A stretch of 64,000 bases of DNA, from NCBI GenBank assembly GCA_037442745.1, contig JBBIPP010000005.1:24741-88740 (forward strand), given 5' to 3'. The notes under the pieces were generated by a model. That model was not told the origin of the DNA. It searched no databases and was given only the letters and a program-made list of their open reading frames with translations. Within the stretch, counting starts at the first letter, position 1. Each line of letters begins with the position of its first letter. The translations under genes and the position numbers were made by a program. This DNA comes from an archaeon (GTDB lineage: Archaea; SpSt-1190; DYHY01). This document shows, piece by piece, positions 29,340 to 39,027 of this stretch.

Positions 29340-30718
29340 TTTTTCGTGTCCGCCCCGAAAAAATCGGGAAGGGGAACTCCCGCCCGCTTGCATATCCGCG
29401 CGGTAGCCTTCCCTAGAGCTTCTGATGTTTTCCTTGAATCGAATTTCAGATGTAGCGAGTTGGAGACAATTTCCTGTCCCCTGACATAGACATCTTTTGG
29501 TATGTCTCCTGTAGCCGAATAGACCAGGAGGGAGACAGGGTTTGCAATTGGCTTCAGCCGGAAATTCGAGAGATCGAGAAGAAGAAAGTCAGCTTCTTTT
29601 CCTATTTCAATAGAACCGGTCTCTTTTTCAATTCCCAGAGCCCGGGCACCCCCGATTGTCGCATAATCGAGCGCCTTTTGGGCGGACACTGCGGTAGCGT
29701 CCCACCTGTGATGCTTGTGTATTAGGGCAGAAAATTTCATTGTGTCGAACATGTCAAGCGTGTTGTTCGATGCCGGACCGTCCGTTCCGAGGGATATTTT
29801 GGCGTCATAGGAGTCGAGTTCGGGGATTGGGGAAACCCCTCCGGTTGCAAGCTTCATGTTGGATACCGGGCAGTGCGAAACTCCCGCTCCTGTTCTGGCA
29901 ATTGTCCTAGCCTCTGACTTTGATATCCATCCGCAGTGCGCAAGGGTTGTTCTCGGGGAAAGGACTCCAAGGGAATCGAGGACCTCTATCGGCCTCTTTC
30001 CCCTCGAGATTTCGGAATCAGAGACCTCTTTCCTTGTTTCGCTTGCGTGTATCTGGAAAAATGTGTTGTATTTCTCGGCAAGGGAAAAGCATTCTTTTAT
30101 TGTCTCGTCCCCTGTAGTGTAAATTGCGTGGGGCGCGATTCCTGGCCGGACAATTGAGCCGGCCTTGCTTTTTTTCAGAATTTTCTCCGCTCGCTTGACT
30201 TTCTCTGAAGGGTCTCCGAAATCGGTAATGCTATAGCCGGAAAATACCCGCATCCCCGATTTTTCAAGGGACTCGTAATAGAGTTCAGTTCGCATATACA
30301 TGTCAAGGACTGTCGTAGTCCCGGTGAGCGCGGCCTCCATTAGTGAGAACTCCGCCCCTGAGACATATTCCGTTTTCCCCATTTTTTCCTCAAGTGGGAA
30401 AATTCTTGTTGTCAGCCATTCGTGAAGTGGGAGATCGTCACCCAAACCGCGCAGAACGGACATTGGAAGGTGGTTGTGCGTGTTTATCAGGCCAGGCATC
30501 ATCAGCCGGCCCTTGCAGTCAATTTGCTCCTCCCCTCTGTTGCGTTTCAAGCCGAACCCTATTTCCAAGAAAAGCCCCCGGGAAACCCTGACATCGCAGG
30601 AGCGAAGAATCCTCCTTTCAGAATTCTGGGTAACTGCGAGAGAGACTCCTTTCAGGAGAAAGCTCCCTCTTGCTCCATCCAGCCCGGCCGTCCTCCTGCG
30701 AGCCTCCCGTCCTGCCAT
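29336..30718 (-). CDS. mtaD: 5-methylthioadenosine/S-adenosylhomocysteine deaminase (amidohydrolase)
   Basis: MPGLINTHNHLPMS metal-binding motif; amidohydrolase core. Confidence 0.8.
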   Translation of the reverse strand: MAGREARRRTAGLDGARGSFLLKGVSLAVTQNSERRILRSCDVRVSRGLFLEIGFGLKRNRGEEQIDCKGRLMMPGLINTHNHLPMSVLRGLGDDLPLHEWLTTRIFPLEEKMGKTEYVSGAEFSLMEAALTGTTTVLDMYMRTELYYESLEKSGMRVFSGYSITDFGDPSEKVKRAEKILKKSKAGSIVRPGIAPHAIYTTGDETIKECFSLAEKYNTFFQIHASETRKEVSDSEISRGKRPIEVLDSLGVLSPRTTLAHCGWISKSEARTIARTGAGVSHCPVSNMKLATGGVSPIPELDSYDAKISLGTDGPASNNTLDMFDTMKFSALIHKHHRWDATAVSAQKALDYATIGGARALGIEKETGSIEIGKEADFLLLDLSNFRLKPIANPVSLLVYSATGDIPKDVYVRGQEIVSNSLHLKFDSRKTSEALGKATARICKRAGVPLPDFFGADTKK

Positions 30719-30720
30719 TA

Positions 30721-32019
30721 TCAGGTTCCTTCCGAATATCCGGAGAGGTATTTCTCCTGCTCCTTTGTAAGTTTGTCAATTGAAGAGCCCATTGAGATGA
30801 GCTTCATTCTCGCGACAAGCGCGTCTTGCTCGGGCGACACAAGCCTTACTTGGGGCTTTGCATTCTTTCCTGAATTCTTGTCCCGGACAATCTCGAGAAT
30901 TGAGAGGAGCTGGTTCGCAAAGGACATGTCCATTACTTCTGAAGGATGTCCTTCTGCAGCGGCGAGGTTGACGAGCCGACCTTCCGATAGAATGAAAACG
31001 CGCTTTCCCTTCACAACATATTCGTCCATATCCGGGAGCACCCGCCTCTTCTTCCCTCCAGCCTCCCTGAGAATTGCCGGAACATTGATCTCAACGTCAA
31101 AGTGCCCGCTGTTCGCAAGTATTGCCCCGTCCTTCATTTCCCTGACATGTGATGCGGTTATCACGTCCCGGCATCCAGTAGCTGTTATGAAAATGTCTCC
31201 CTCCTTTGCGGCATCGGTCATTTTCATTACCCTAAAGCCGTTCATTCTCGCCTTGAGGGCTGCCATTGAATCTATTTCAGTAACAATAACGTTCGCTCCT
31301 AGGCCCCGTGCCCTCTCGGCAATCCCGCTTCCGACATGGCCGTATCCCGCGACTACCGCAGTCTTGCCCGCAAACATTGTGTTGGTTGCCCGGAGAATCC
31401 CGTCAATTGTCGACTGCCCAGTCCCCCAGATGTTGTCAAAGTCAGCCTTTGTCTTGGCGTCAGCAACCGAAATTACTGGATATTTCAGTTTCCCGTCCCG
31501 GGCCATTGCCCTGATTCTCATTGCGCCAGTCGTAGTCTCCTCGCATCCGCCAATCATTCCGGCAAGGTATTCGGGCATTTTCTCGTGGATGTAGAAAACA
31601 AGATCCGCCCCGTCGTCAACAGTAATGTTCGGCTTTATTTCGAGGCATTTTCGTATGCACCAGTAGTATTCCTCGTTGTTCTGCCCCCTCCATGCGAACA
31701 CCTGCACTCCAGCTTGGGCGAGCGCCGCGGCAACGTCGTCTTGGGTTGAGAGTGGGTTACAGCCTGACCAAGAAACCGTTGCCCCGAGGTCTCGGAGAGT
31801 CTCGACTAGCACTGCAGTCTCCTTTGTCACGTGAAGGCAGCCGGATATCCTTATTCCCTTCAGTGGTCGCTTTCCCTTGTTAGCCCTGCGAAGCTCCATT
31901 AAGACAGGCATGTTTTTCTCGGCAAGGGATATTTTCAGACGGCCTTCCTTTGCGAGGGAAATGTCTTTCACCTTGAACTTTTCGTTTCCTGACAGTCCGG
32001 ATTCATTTTCAGCTTTCAT
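30721..32019 (-). CDS. ahcY: S-adenosyl-L-homocysteine hydrolase
   Basis: NAD-binding GKTAVVAGYGHVGSG and conserved AhcY catalytic-domain sequence. Confidence 0.9.
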   Translation of the reverse strand: MKAENESGLSGNEKFKVKDISLAKEGRLKISLAEKNMPVLMELRRANKGKRPLKGIRISGCLHVTKETAVLVETLRDLGATVSWSGCNPLSTQDDVAAALAQAGVQVFAWRGQNNEEYYWCIRKCLEIKPNITVDDGADLVFYIHEKMPEYLAGMIGGCEETTTGAMRIRAMARDGKLKYPVISVADAKTKADFDNIWGTGQSTIDGILRATNTMFAGKTAVVAGYGHVGSGIAERARGLGANVIVTEIDSMAALKARMNGFRVMKMTDAAKEGDIFITATGCRDVITASHVREMKDGAILANSGHFDVEINVPAILREAGGKKRRVLPDMDEYVVKGKRVFILSEGRLVNLAAAEGHPSEVMDMSFANQLLSILEIVRDKNSGKNAKPQVRLVSPEQDALVARMKLISMGSSIDKLTKEQEKYLSGYSEGT

Positions 32020-32639
32020 TTTCTAGTAATTCCTTTCCTTTCTTTTTCTCTCTTTCTCTCAGAAGGATTTCGCGGGGCTTCTCTCGCCTCGGCTGAGAGT
32101 ATTGAATTGAGGATTCCTCGGACGAAATCCTTCTTTTGCCTGAAAGACGGGACAACAAAGTCGGGATAATCGAATTCGCTGAAGAATTCCCCGACCTGCC
32201 TTGCGCAGTCCGCGAGCATTAGCGTCCTCTTCTCATTCCCGGAAATCCTTGCCTCAAGATATGCCCGGTTGATTTCCCCTATTGAATCGGCAAGTCCCAG
32301 GAGAACCGCTTCGGGAGGAATTCCCTCCATTTCCGGGAACCGCCCATTCTTCGAGACTGAAAAGAAAATCAGGGCTTCGGAATACTCCTGGAAAGCGAGC
32401 TGGACAGGGAAACTGGAATAATAGATTGAGGGATTTTTCCTCAGGGCTCTCTTGAGAATTGAGATTTTTTTTCCGGCATTTAGAAGGAGGATGCGCGCCT
32501 CCTCCTTTTTTCCCGAATGATATAGCGCAATTGAGCGATCAGAGAGTATTTTCACCACTCGGGCAATCGGGTTTAGTAAATCTGATTCCGAGAGCTTTTT
32601 GTCAAGAGCCTTTTTTGAGGACAGGAGAGTCGATTTCAT
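32016..32639 (-). CDS. alpha-helical hypothetical protein, possibly translin-family (COG2178-like)
   Basis: 207 aa, predicted all-helical, LLGLADSIGEINRAYLEA reminiscent of translin; tentative. Confidence 0.3.
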   Translation of the reverse strand: MKSTLLSSKKALDKKLSESDLLNPIARVVKILSDRSIALYHSGKKEEARILLLNAGKKISILKRALRKNPSIYYSSFPVQLAFQEYSEALIFFSVSKNGRFPEMEGIPPEAVLLGLADSIGEINRAYLEARISGNEKRTLMLADCARQVGEFFSEFDYPDFVVPSFRQKKDFVRGILNSILSAEAREAPRNPSERKREKERKGITRK

Positions 32640-32698
32640 GCAGTGTTTCTGAGCCGAAAACGGGCGAATTTAAAAGGTTTCGAGAAATCCCCCGGTGA

Positions 32699-33349
32699 AT
32701 GATTGTTGCGGGAATTGATGAGGCAGGAAAGGGACCGGTTCTCGGGCCAATGATAATTGCGATTTTCGAGGTTGATGAGGCCTGTCTTGGGGAGGTGCTG
32801 GCATCTGGAGCGAAAGACTCAAAGCTCCTCTCGGAGAACAAAAGGGAGGAAATCCTTTCTCGCCTTGAGAAAATAGGCTCTGGAAAAGTCAAGGTAATCT
32901 CCCCACAGGAGCTAGACTCCCGGGATTGCTCACTGAACGAGTTTGAGATGAGGGAAATTGCAAAGCTTATTGACAGTTCCCGGGCTGAGGAATTCTATAT
33001 CGACTCTATTGAAGCCAATGGGGAGAGGCTTGCTGAGAAAATAAGGGCGCACCTAAGGGTGAAAAGAACGGTCCGGATAATTGCGAAACCAAAGGCTGAC
33101 CGGGATTATCCGGTTGTCTCCGCGGCAAGCATTTTCGCAAAAGTGAGAAGGGAGCTTGAAGTAGCAAAGCTCAAGAAGGTTTTCGGGGATTTCGGCTCCG
33201 GCTATCCTTCGGACGAGCGGACACTTGAGTACTTGAAGAATTTCATTGCGGAGAATGGCGCACCTCCATCAATTGCAAGGAAATCGTGGGAAACTGTTCG
33301 AAAGCTTATTAAAGGGGGAAAAGACCCCGTTCAGAAGAAGCTTTTTTAG
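32699..33349 (+). CDS. rnhB: ribonuclease HII
   Basis: MIVAGIDEAGKGPVLGPM N-terminal catalytic motif. Confidence 0.85.
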   Translation: MIVAGIDEAGKGPVLGPMIIAIFEVDEACLGEVLASGAKDSKLLSENKREEILSRLEKIGSGKVKVISPQELDSRDCSLNEFEMREIAKLIDSSRAEEFYIDSIEANGERLAEKIRAHLRVKRTVRIIAKPKADRDYPVVSAASIFAKVRRELEVAKLKKVFGDFGSGYPSDERTLEYLKNFIAENGAPPSIARKSWETVRKLIKGGKDPVQKKLF

Positions 33350-33410
33350 GAATAGCAATACAATTTTCAAGCATTGCAATCTTGAAGAACGGAAAAAGTG
33401 ATTTGAAAAA

Positions 33411-34256
33411 ATGGAAAAGAAAAAAAACAGCGCTTACCAGACAGCGAGCCTCAAGAAGAATTTGATTGACTCTGCGAATAGGATAATTGACTCTGAGCTC
33501 GCAGGACATGAAAAGGCGCAAAAGTTCGCGGAAATACTCCGGAAGAACAGGACAATATCTTTCTACCAGGAGCAGGCGAACATACTGACTGTAAAGAGGC
33601 TTTCATTCAACGACCACGGGCCGGTCCACTCCCTGATTGTCACGGGAAACGCGCTAAAGCTCCTCTCGCTTTTCGAAAAGGCCGGGCTCACGCCGAGCGT
33701 AAAGGATGGCAGCCCGGTTTTCGGCTCAGATGAGGCACGGCTTGTAGTCTTTGCGGGCGCATATTTGCACGACATCGGGAACATGATCCACCGGGAAAAG
33801 CACGAGTTCTTCTCGACAGTCCTCGCAAAGGACATTGTGGAGAGGGCGCTAATTGAGGTCTATCCGGAAAACGAGAGGAGCAGGGCATATCTCCTGGGAG
33901 AAATACTCCACGCAATACTCTCCCATGACGAGGAAATACAGGCAGTTAGCATAGAAGCCGGCATTGTGAAGATTGCTGACGGAACGGACTGCACTGAAGG
34001 GAGGAGCAGGGTTCCTTTCATTCTCGGGGACTTTGGAATACACACAATGTCTGCGAGATCAATAACTGACGTGAACCTCCTTTCGGGAGAGGAAAACGAA
34101 AAGCCGGTTGTAATTGAGGTCAGGATGAAGGACTCTACAGGAATTTTCCAGATTGAGCAGGTCCTCATGAAGAAAATAAAGACAAGCGGTCTTGCGGACA
34201 AGGTGAAGGTAAAGGCAGTCGTTGAGACTGAAAAAGGCAAGGAGATAACCTTCTAA
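33411..34256 (+). CDS. HD-domain phosphohydrolase
   Basis: H..HD (FNDHGPVHS) and LHDIGN motifs. Confidence 0.7.
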   Translation: MEKKKNSAYQTASLKKNLIDSANRIIDSELAGHEKAQKFAEILRKNRTISFYQEQANILTVKRLSFNDHGPVHSLIVTGNALKLLSLFEKAGLTPSVKDGSPVFGSDEARLVVFAGAYLHDIGNMIHREKHEFFSTVLAKDIVERALIEVYPENERSRAYLLGEILHAILSHDEEIQAVSIEAGIVKIADGTDCTEGRSRVPFILGDFGIHTMSARSITDVNLLSGEENEKPVVIEVRMKDSTGIFQIEQVLMKKIKTSGLADKVKVKAVVETEKGKEITF

Positions 34257-34315
34257 GGGGCTAAAAGAACCAAAAAGCTTTTTTAACCGGCCGGGCAGCG
34301 GGTTCGCTGTTTCAG

Positions 34316-34651
34316 ATGGATGAAAAAGGGGGAGATTCCTTGGAAGCGAAAACCGAAAATCCCCAGGTAATTATCCTGAAAAGGGCCACCTCAGTTCAGC
34401 GGGAGAAAAAAGACGTCCCAATGGGCATAGTTCTCCTGGTAGGAGTCCTGATATGGGTCCTTGTTTTCGGAACAATTTTCTCCTATGCGGCGTTTTCCCC
34501 GTGCAGTTTCGTTGCAGTTGTTATTGGCGAAAGGAAGACCCTTGAGACAATTGCCGACCGGCTCTCAATGGACTTTACTGACGAGAACCATTGCAGGCAC
34601 TTCTTGAGGCTGACAGTCGTCACTCCCGGTTTTGTTGCGGAAGAAGGATAG
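34316..34651 (+). CDS. small membrane protein, paralogue A of a two-member family
   Basis: KKDVPMGIVLLVGVLIWVLVFGTIFSYAAFSPCSF closely parallels the 36167..36535 product. Confidence 0.45.
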   Translation: MDEKGGDSLEAKTENPQVIILKRATSVQREKKDVPMGIVLLVGVLIWVLVFGTIFSYAAFSPCSFVAVVIGERKTLETIADRLSMDFTDENHCRHFLRLTVVTPGFVAEEG

Positions 34652-34726
34652 CAAAAGTTGCTTGCGTTGTCGGGAATAGCCAAGGAACTCTGAAAAGAAG
34701 CAATTCCGGAGATTGGTTGAAAAAAC

Positions 34727-35122
34727 TCAGGTCTTGAGGAGATGCCTCTCCATTACAACCCAGTAATCAATCTGGTTTCCGGGCTGAGCCTTTGCCCGGA
34801 TGTCGTTGAAATCCTCCTTTTCGGGAATGTCGATTTCAAAAGTCTCATAGCTAGCATTGTCCATTAACTGGAGCCTGTTCCCGCTAACAGAGAGTATCTG
34901 GGCCTGCCTCTTGTCAATTATCGGAATGTCGCATTTCGCGTGCGTTGGCGATATTGTCGAGTGCCTCGAGCCGTCAAACATTGAAAAGCCGTCAATTCTC
35001 GCCTTTGCGTGCCCGTGTTTTCCCGGGGCGGAGATGTCGACTGAGACAATCTTGCAGGGATGACCGTCCATTATTAGGAAGCTTCCCTTTTTTATTTCGC
35101 GTATTTCGCCCTGTCTTTTCAT
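34727..35122 (-). CDS. translation initiation factor 5A (aIF-5A)
   Basis: Hypusination loop SAPGKHGHAK; 131 aa. Confidence 0.85.
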   Translation of the reverse strand: MKRQGEIREIKKGSFLIMDGHPCKIVSVDISAPGKHGHAKARIDGFSMFDGSRHSTISPTHAKCDIPIIDKRQAQILSVSGNRLQLMDNASYETFEIDIPEKEDFNDIRAKAQPGNQIDYWVVMERHLLKT

Positions 35123-35184
35123 TGGAGATTCGGCACCCTGAAAACCGCTCCTTGGGAAAGGTATAAAAGCTTTTTTATCACGGA

Positions 35185-35658
35185 TTGGGAGGTCGAATGA
35201 ATTTCATTTTCCATTTCTTCTTCAATTTCGCGGTCGCATCGCTCTGCTTTGGCCCTATTGAGGCGAAGAGGGCGGTTATTCCAATAGCGATTTTCTCGAC
35301 AATAATTGACGTTGACCATGTCAGATATATTATCAGGGAATGGCGGGGTATATTGAAAAAGAGGTTCGGGGCGAAATCGAGGACAATTTTCCACGATTTT
35401 CTCGGGCTCGCAATCTTCTCCTGGATTTTCTCAATAATCTTCTTCCTCCCATATAGGGAATTCCTCTTCCTCGAGGCGTCAATACTCTCGGTAATCCTTC
35501 ATCTTGCAGTCGACTTCCTAGCTGGAAAAGCTCATCCACTCCAGCCTTTCAGCTTCGTTGAGACCTGCTTTTTCGCTATTTCCGCTCGCGCAAAAATTAT
35601 TCTGGAAATTTCCCTGACAGTTGTTTTCGGAGGTGTTTTCCTTTTCCTGTGGCAGTGA
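35185..35658 (+). CDS. membrane-bound metal-dependent hydrolase (YdjM/DUF457-like)
   Basis: Multiple TM helices with IIDVDHV and HLAVDFLAG metal-ligand-like motifs. Confidence 0.45.
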   Translation: MGGRMNFIFHFFFNFAVASLCFGPIEAKRAVIPIAIFSTIIDVDHVRYIIREWRGILKKRFGAKSRTIFHDFLGLAIFSWIFSIIFFLPYREFLFLEASILSVILHLAVDFLAGKAHPLQPFSFVETCFFAISARAKIILEISLTVVFGGVFLFLWQ

Positions 35659-36116
35659 ACAGGAGGGCGAAGAAGAGGAAGCGGATTCTCCCCTTTTTCG
35701 ACTCAATCAGGAATTTCTATGAAAGGTCTGCAAACAGGCTCCCACTTCCTAACGTTTCCCCGAATCTCCTCTCGGGAGCGTCCCTTTTCTTGAGCATTGT
35801 TTTTATGGTAATTGCTTTCAGGAGAGCCTTCGTCCCGGCAATCGCTGTTCTTGGGCTGGTTTTACTAATGGACGCCTTGGACGGAATTATTGCAAGGAAA
35901 TATTCCCGGGAAAGCGAAAGTGGGGCTGCAATAGACTTTTTCGTCGACAGGCTGTCTGAGGGCATAGTAACCCTTCCTTTCTTCTTTCCTTGGTTCATTC
36001 TTTTCGGGCTAAACAACCTTGTCTCAATAATCGGGCTTGCGAAAAAACGGCACACCATCCTTCCAATAAGGCTTTTCCTCATGATATGGCTTGTCAGGGA
36101 AGAATTCTTTCCTTAA
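35649..36116 (+). CDS. CDP-alcohol phosphatidyltransferase family protein
   Basis: DALDGIIARKYSRESESGAAIDFFVDRLSE matches D-G-x-x-A-R...G...D...D. Confidence 0.7.
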   Translation: MAVNRRAKKRKRILPFFDSIRNFYERSANRLPLPNVSPNLLSGASLFLSIVFMVIAFRRAFVPAIAVLGLVLLMDALDGIIARKYSRESESGAAIDFFVDRLSEGIVTLPFFFPWFILFGLNNLVSIIGLAKKRHTILPIRLFLMIWLVREEFFP

Positions 36117-36166
36117 AACCAATTAAAAACGTTTAAATATTCGGATTCCCAAAGTTATAAAGGATT

Positions 36167-36535
36167 ATGAGGCGGGGACAGGTTCCTTTGGGAGCTTCCG
36201 GCAATGCAAAGCAGGATTACTACTCCCGGCTCTACAGGCAGGCGGAGAAAAAGGATGTCCCTCTTGCAGTCGTTATAATTGTCGGGGTTTTCATATGGGT
36301 CCTGATTTTCGGCTCAGTCCTAGCGTTCGCTGTTCTTGCGCCGTGCAGTTTCACGAAAACCCTTGTGGGAGATGACACTTTTGAAAAGTTCCAAAATCCG
36401 GCAATAAGAAGCCCGCCTTGCGATCCTGCCCGGGACGCGACCTGTGTTGTCTGGAAGCTCGATGATGCAAGGTCCTGCGGATGCTTTTTGAGATATACTG
36501 TTATGGGAACTGGTTGCCCTGGCTATCTTGAATAA
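36167..36535 (+). CDS. small membrane protein, paralogue B, with Cys-rich C-terminus
   Basis: KKDVPLAVVIIVGVFIWVLIFGSVLAFAVLAPCSF; C-terminal CDPARDATCVVW..CGCFLRYTVMGTGCPGY. Confidence 0.45.
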   Translation: MRRGQVPLGASGNAKQDYYSRLYRQAEKKDVPLAVVIIVGVFIWVLIFGSVLAFAVLAPCSFTKTLVGDDTFEKFQNPAIRSPPCDPARDATCVVWKLDDARSCGCFLRYTVMGTGCPGYLE

Positions 36536-36959
36536 ACCACCGGTTGTCCTTGATTCGACCTGTTTCATACTTGCTTGGAAGCTTCCCTGCTCAATGAACA
36601 GATTCTCTTTTTTCACTACAGGAATGGTTTCCGGGGAAATGCGCTCGCCGGAGGCAATCCGGAGATTTTCAGCAGTCTCGCCAGCCGTCAAAAACCCGGG
36701 AAAGGAGAGCGTGGAAGAGGCGAAAAGGATTTCCAAAAAATTAAATGACAAGAAGCTTTCCGAGGCAGACATCTCAGTCCTTGCCCTAGCTCTTGAGCTA
36801 AATTGCCCCGTTGTCACTGATGACTATTCCCTCCAGAACGCTTGTTTTGGAGCAGGAATCGAGCCAATTCCCCTGAGTTTCAAAGGGATTTCCGAAATGA
36901 GAAAATTCACCCCTGATTCCGCCAATAAGGGGCGATTGGGCCGGCCAAAGGATAAATAG
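36528..36959 (+). CDS. PIN-domain protein (putative)
   Basis: VVLDSTCFI and DISVLALALELNCPVVTDDYSL resemble PIN acidic motifs; basic C-terminal tail. Confidence 0.4.
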   Translation: MNKPPVVLDSTCFILAWKLPCSMNRFSFFTTGMVSGEMRSPEAIRRFSAVSPAVKNPGKESVEEAKRISKKLNDKKLSEADISVLALALELNCPVVTDDYSLQNACFGAGIEPIPLSFKGISEMRKFTPDSANKGRLGRPKDK

Positions 36960-37014
36960 GAAAAGGCAATAGTCATACTGTCTCGTTCTGCAAGCAGTTC
37001 TCTAGCCAGAAATA

Positions 37015-37263
37015 TTGCTAATTGTCCTGCGAAATTGTCTTTCATCAGGTATGGTGACACAAACCGAAATGACCTCACAGCAGAAAATAGTGCTCAAAGA
37101 AAAGCAAGGCCAGTTTGAAAAAGAGTTAGAAGGAGAAATTCTCGAGCAGGCTGGCTCCCCTGAAAAGAAGGACACAGTCCTCCTCCTCTGGCGGGATATC
37201 TCGATGGAAATTGTCCAGATGGACATTTCAGCAATAAGGGAAAAGCTCGACCGCCTGAGCTGA
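37015..37263 (+). CDS. small hypothetical protein (possibly coiled-coil)
   Basis: Protein-like ORF with charged heptad-like segment; no family assigned. Confidence 0.25.
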   Translation: MLIVLRNCLSSGMVTQTEMTSQQKIVLKEKQGQFEKELEGEILEQAGSPEKKDTVLLLWRDISMEIVQMDISAIREKLDRLS

Positions 37264-38550
37264 AAAACACTCACACGGGAACGCAAGACGGAAATCTCCA
37301 ATAGACTGCCAAAGAAGGAAACTGGAAGAACTTATTCAATCCCCCCCTCTTCCCCACCAATTCATGTTCTGTTCGGCCGACATTCGGGGAGTTTCCACGC
37401 GTTCCATTCATTTTTGCTGAAATTTCATGAAAACTTCAAATAATCCAGTGAATTATTTATTGACTCAATAAGGCTTTTTATTTAGAAAAATCGTTTTATG
37501 TCCAAGTTTAATGTATTCCTCAACTTCGTTATTGGGTAATTCAATGGAGGGCTTTTTCTGCATTTTATTCGGCAAGCAAATAGCGTGTCCCGAACTGGAA
37601 ATAACAAACAATGGCGAAGAATGCGCTTCCCTAGCAAATACTAAAATGGTCGAGAGAATTCTGTTATGTGTTTTGGATATTTGAAGGAAAGGGGAATATT
37701 CATCTATGTTCTTTAGGGAGGAAGTTATCATTTTTCCGCGCGCGTCTTGTGTTGGTGCCGCTTTTAGGAAACCACAAGTAAAGTTCCCAAGCAACCATTT
37801 TGAACGAATTCGGCGATATGCAGACCGCTCAATCCAAATTTGCTATTCGGAATCTTTGTCCGCAAGTTGCTTCTCTTTCTTTGATTATTTTTTAAGAGCA
37901 AATCAAATTTGAGCAAGAACACGAATTTCTTTGTCCTGTATTTGCTTCTAATAACTGGCCAATTGGCCTTTTTCTTTGCTCAACAATCAATTCTTTTGTT
38001 TCTTCATTGCCTAAGAAAGCCAATTCTCTGTTCTTGAATTTTTTAACAAAATAAATTATTTCATCTTTTGACAAGATGAGCTTCTCTCTGGTTGCTCCTT
38101 CCATTAAATAGGTAGAATAACTATAAGAATCAACAATCACCTATTTAGAAAATATCCAGGTGTTCTTCCAAATAAATCGCGAGACCGAACGGATTATCGT
38201 CGAGGATTGTTGCGCTTCCGGAAGAACGAGCAAGTTGTTTATATCTACAGGTTCACCTATATGCTTGTCAAATATTCGCATATTGTTGGAATCAATGACA
38301 AAGTTAAACTCATCTAATCAAAAACCTATTTGCTCAGAAGAGCTTTCTTAACATCCAGAGGCTGGTTCTTTGGAGAAAGAAGCTCAACATAATGAAAATA
38401 GTGACTTGATTGTATAACTTTTTATCAAATTTCCTTGTTTGAAAACTCTTTTAAACCAGAAAAAACCTCCTACTCATAGGTCTGGCGGAATGGATAACGC
38501 CGCGCCAGAACCGGTAGACTATTCGGCGTACCAAATAGGTGTACAGAAAA

Positions 38551-39012
38551 ATGGCACGAATATACGCGCACAAGAAGGGAAAGAGCGGGAGCACCAGGCA
38601 TGTCAGGTCCTCGAACCCCTCCTGGGTTAGATTTGCCCCGGAAGAGATTGAGAAAATCGTCCAGAGGCTCGGAAAAGAAGGAAAGCAGACATCTGAAATA
38701 GGGATGCTTCTCCGCGACCAGTGGGGAATCCCCTCGGTAAAGCTTGCGACAGGGAAGACAATAACCGAAATTCTCTCGGACGCTAAACTGATTTCCGATT
38801 ATCCTGAAGACCTCCTGAACCTGATGACAAAGGCGGTCAAAATCAGAAAGCATCTCGTTGTTGCAACAGCCGACAAGCACTCTACAAGGGGGCTCAAGAA
38901 CACTGAGATGAAAATTCTCAGGCTAGTCAAATACTACAAGAAGGAAGGACGGCTTGCGGCTAACTGGCAATACGACCCGGAAACCGCTGCAATAATCGTA
39001 TCAGGGAGATAA
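38551..39012 (+). CDS. rps15p: ribosomal protein S15 (uS15, S13e-type)
   Basis: MARIYAHKKGKSGS..; ATG at 38551 preferred over the listed upstream start. Confidence 0.85.
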   Translation: MARIYAHKKGKSGSTRHVRSSNPSWVRFAPEEIEKIVQRLGKEGKQTSEIGMLLRDQWGIPSVKLATGKTITEILSDAKLISDYPEDLLNLMTKAVKIRKHLVVATADKHSTRGLKNTEMKILRLVKYYKKEGRLAANWQYDPETAAIIVSGR

Positions 39013-39027
39013 AGGTGATAACGAAAA

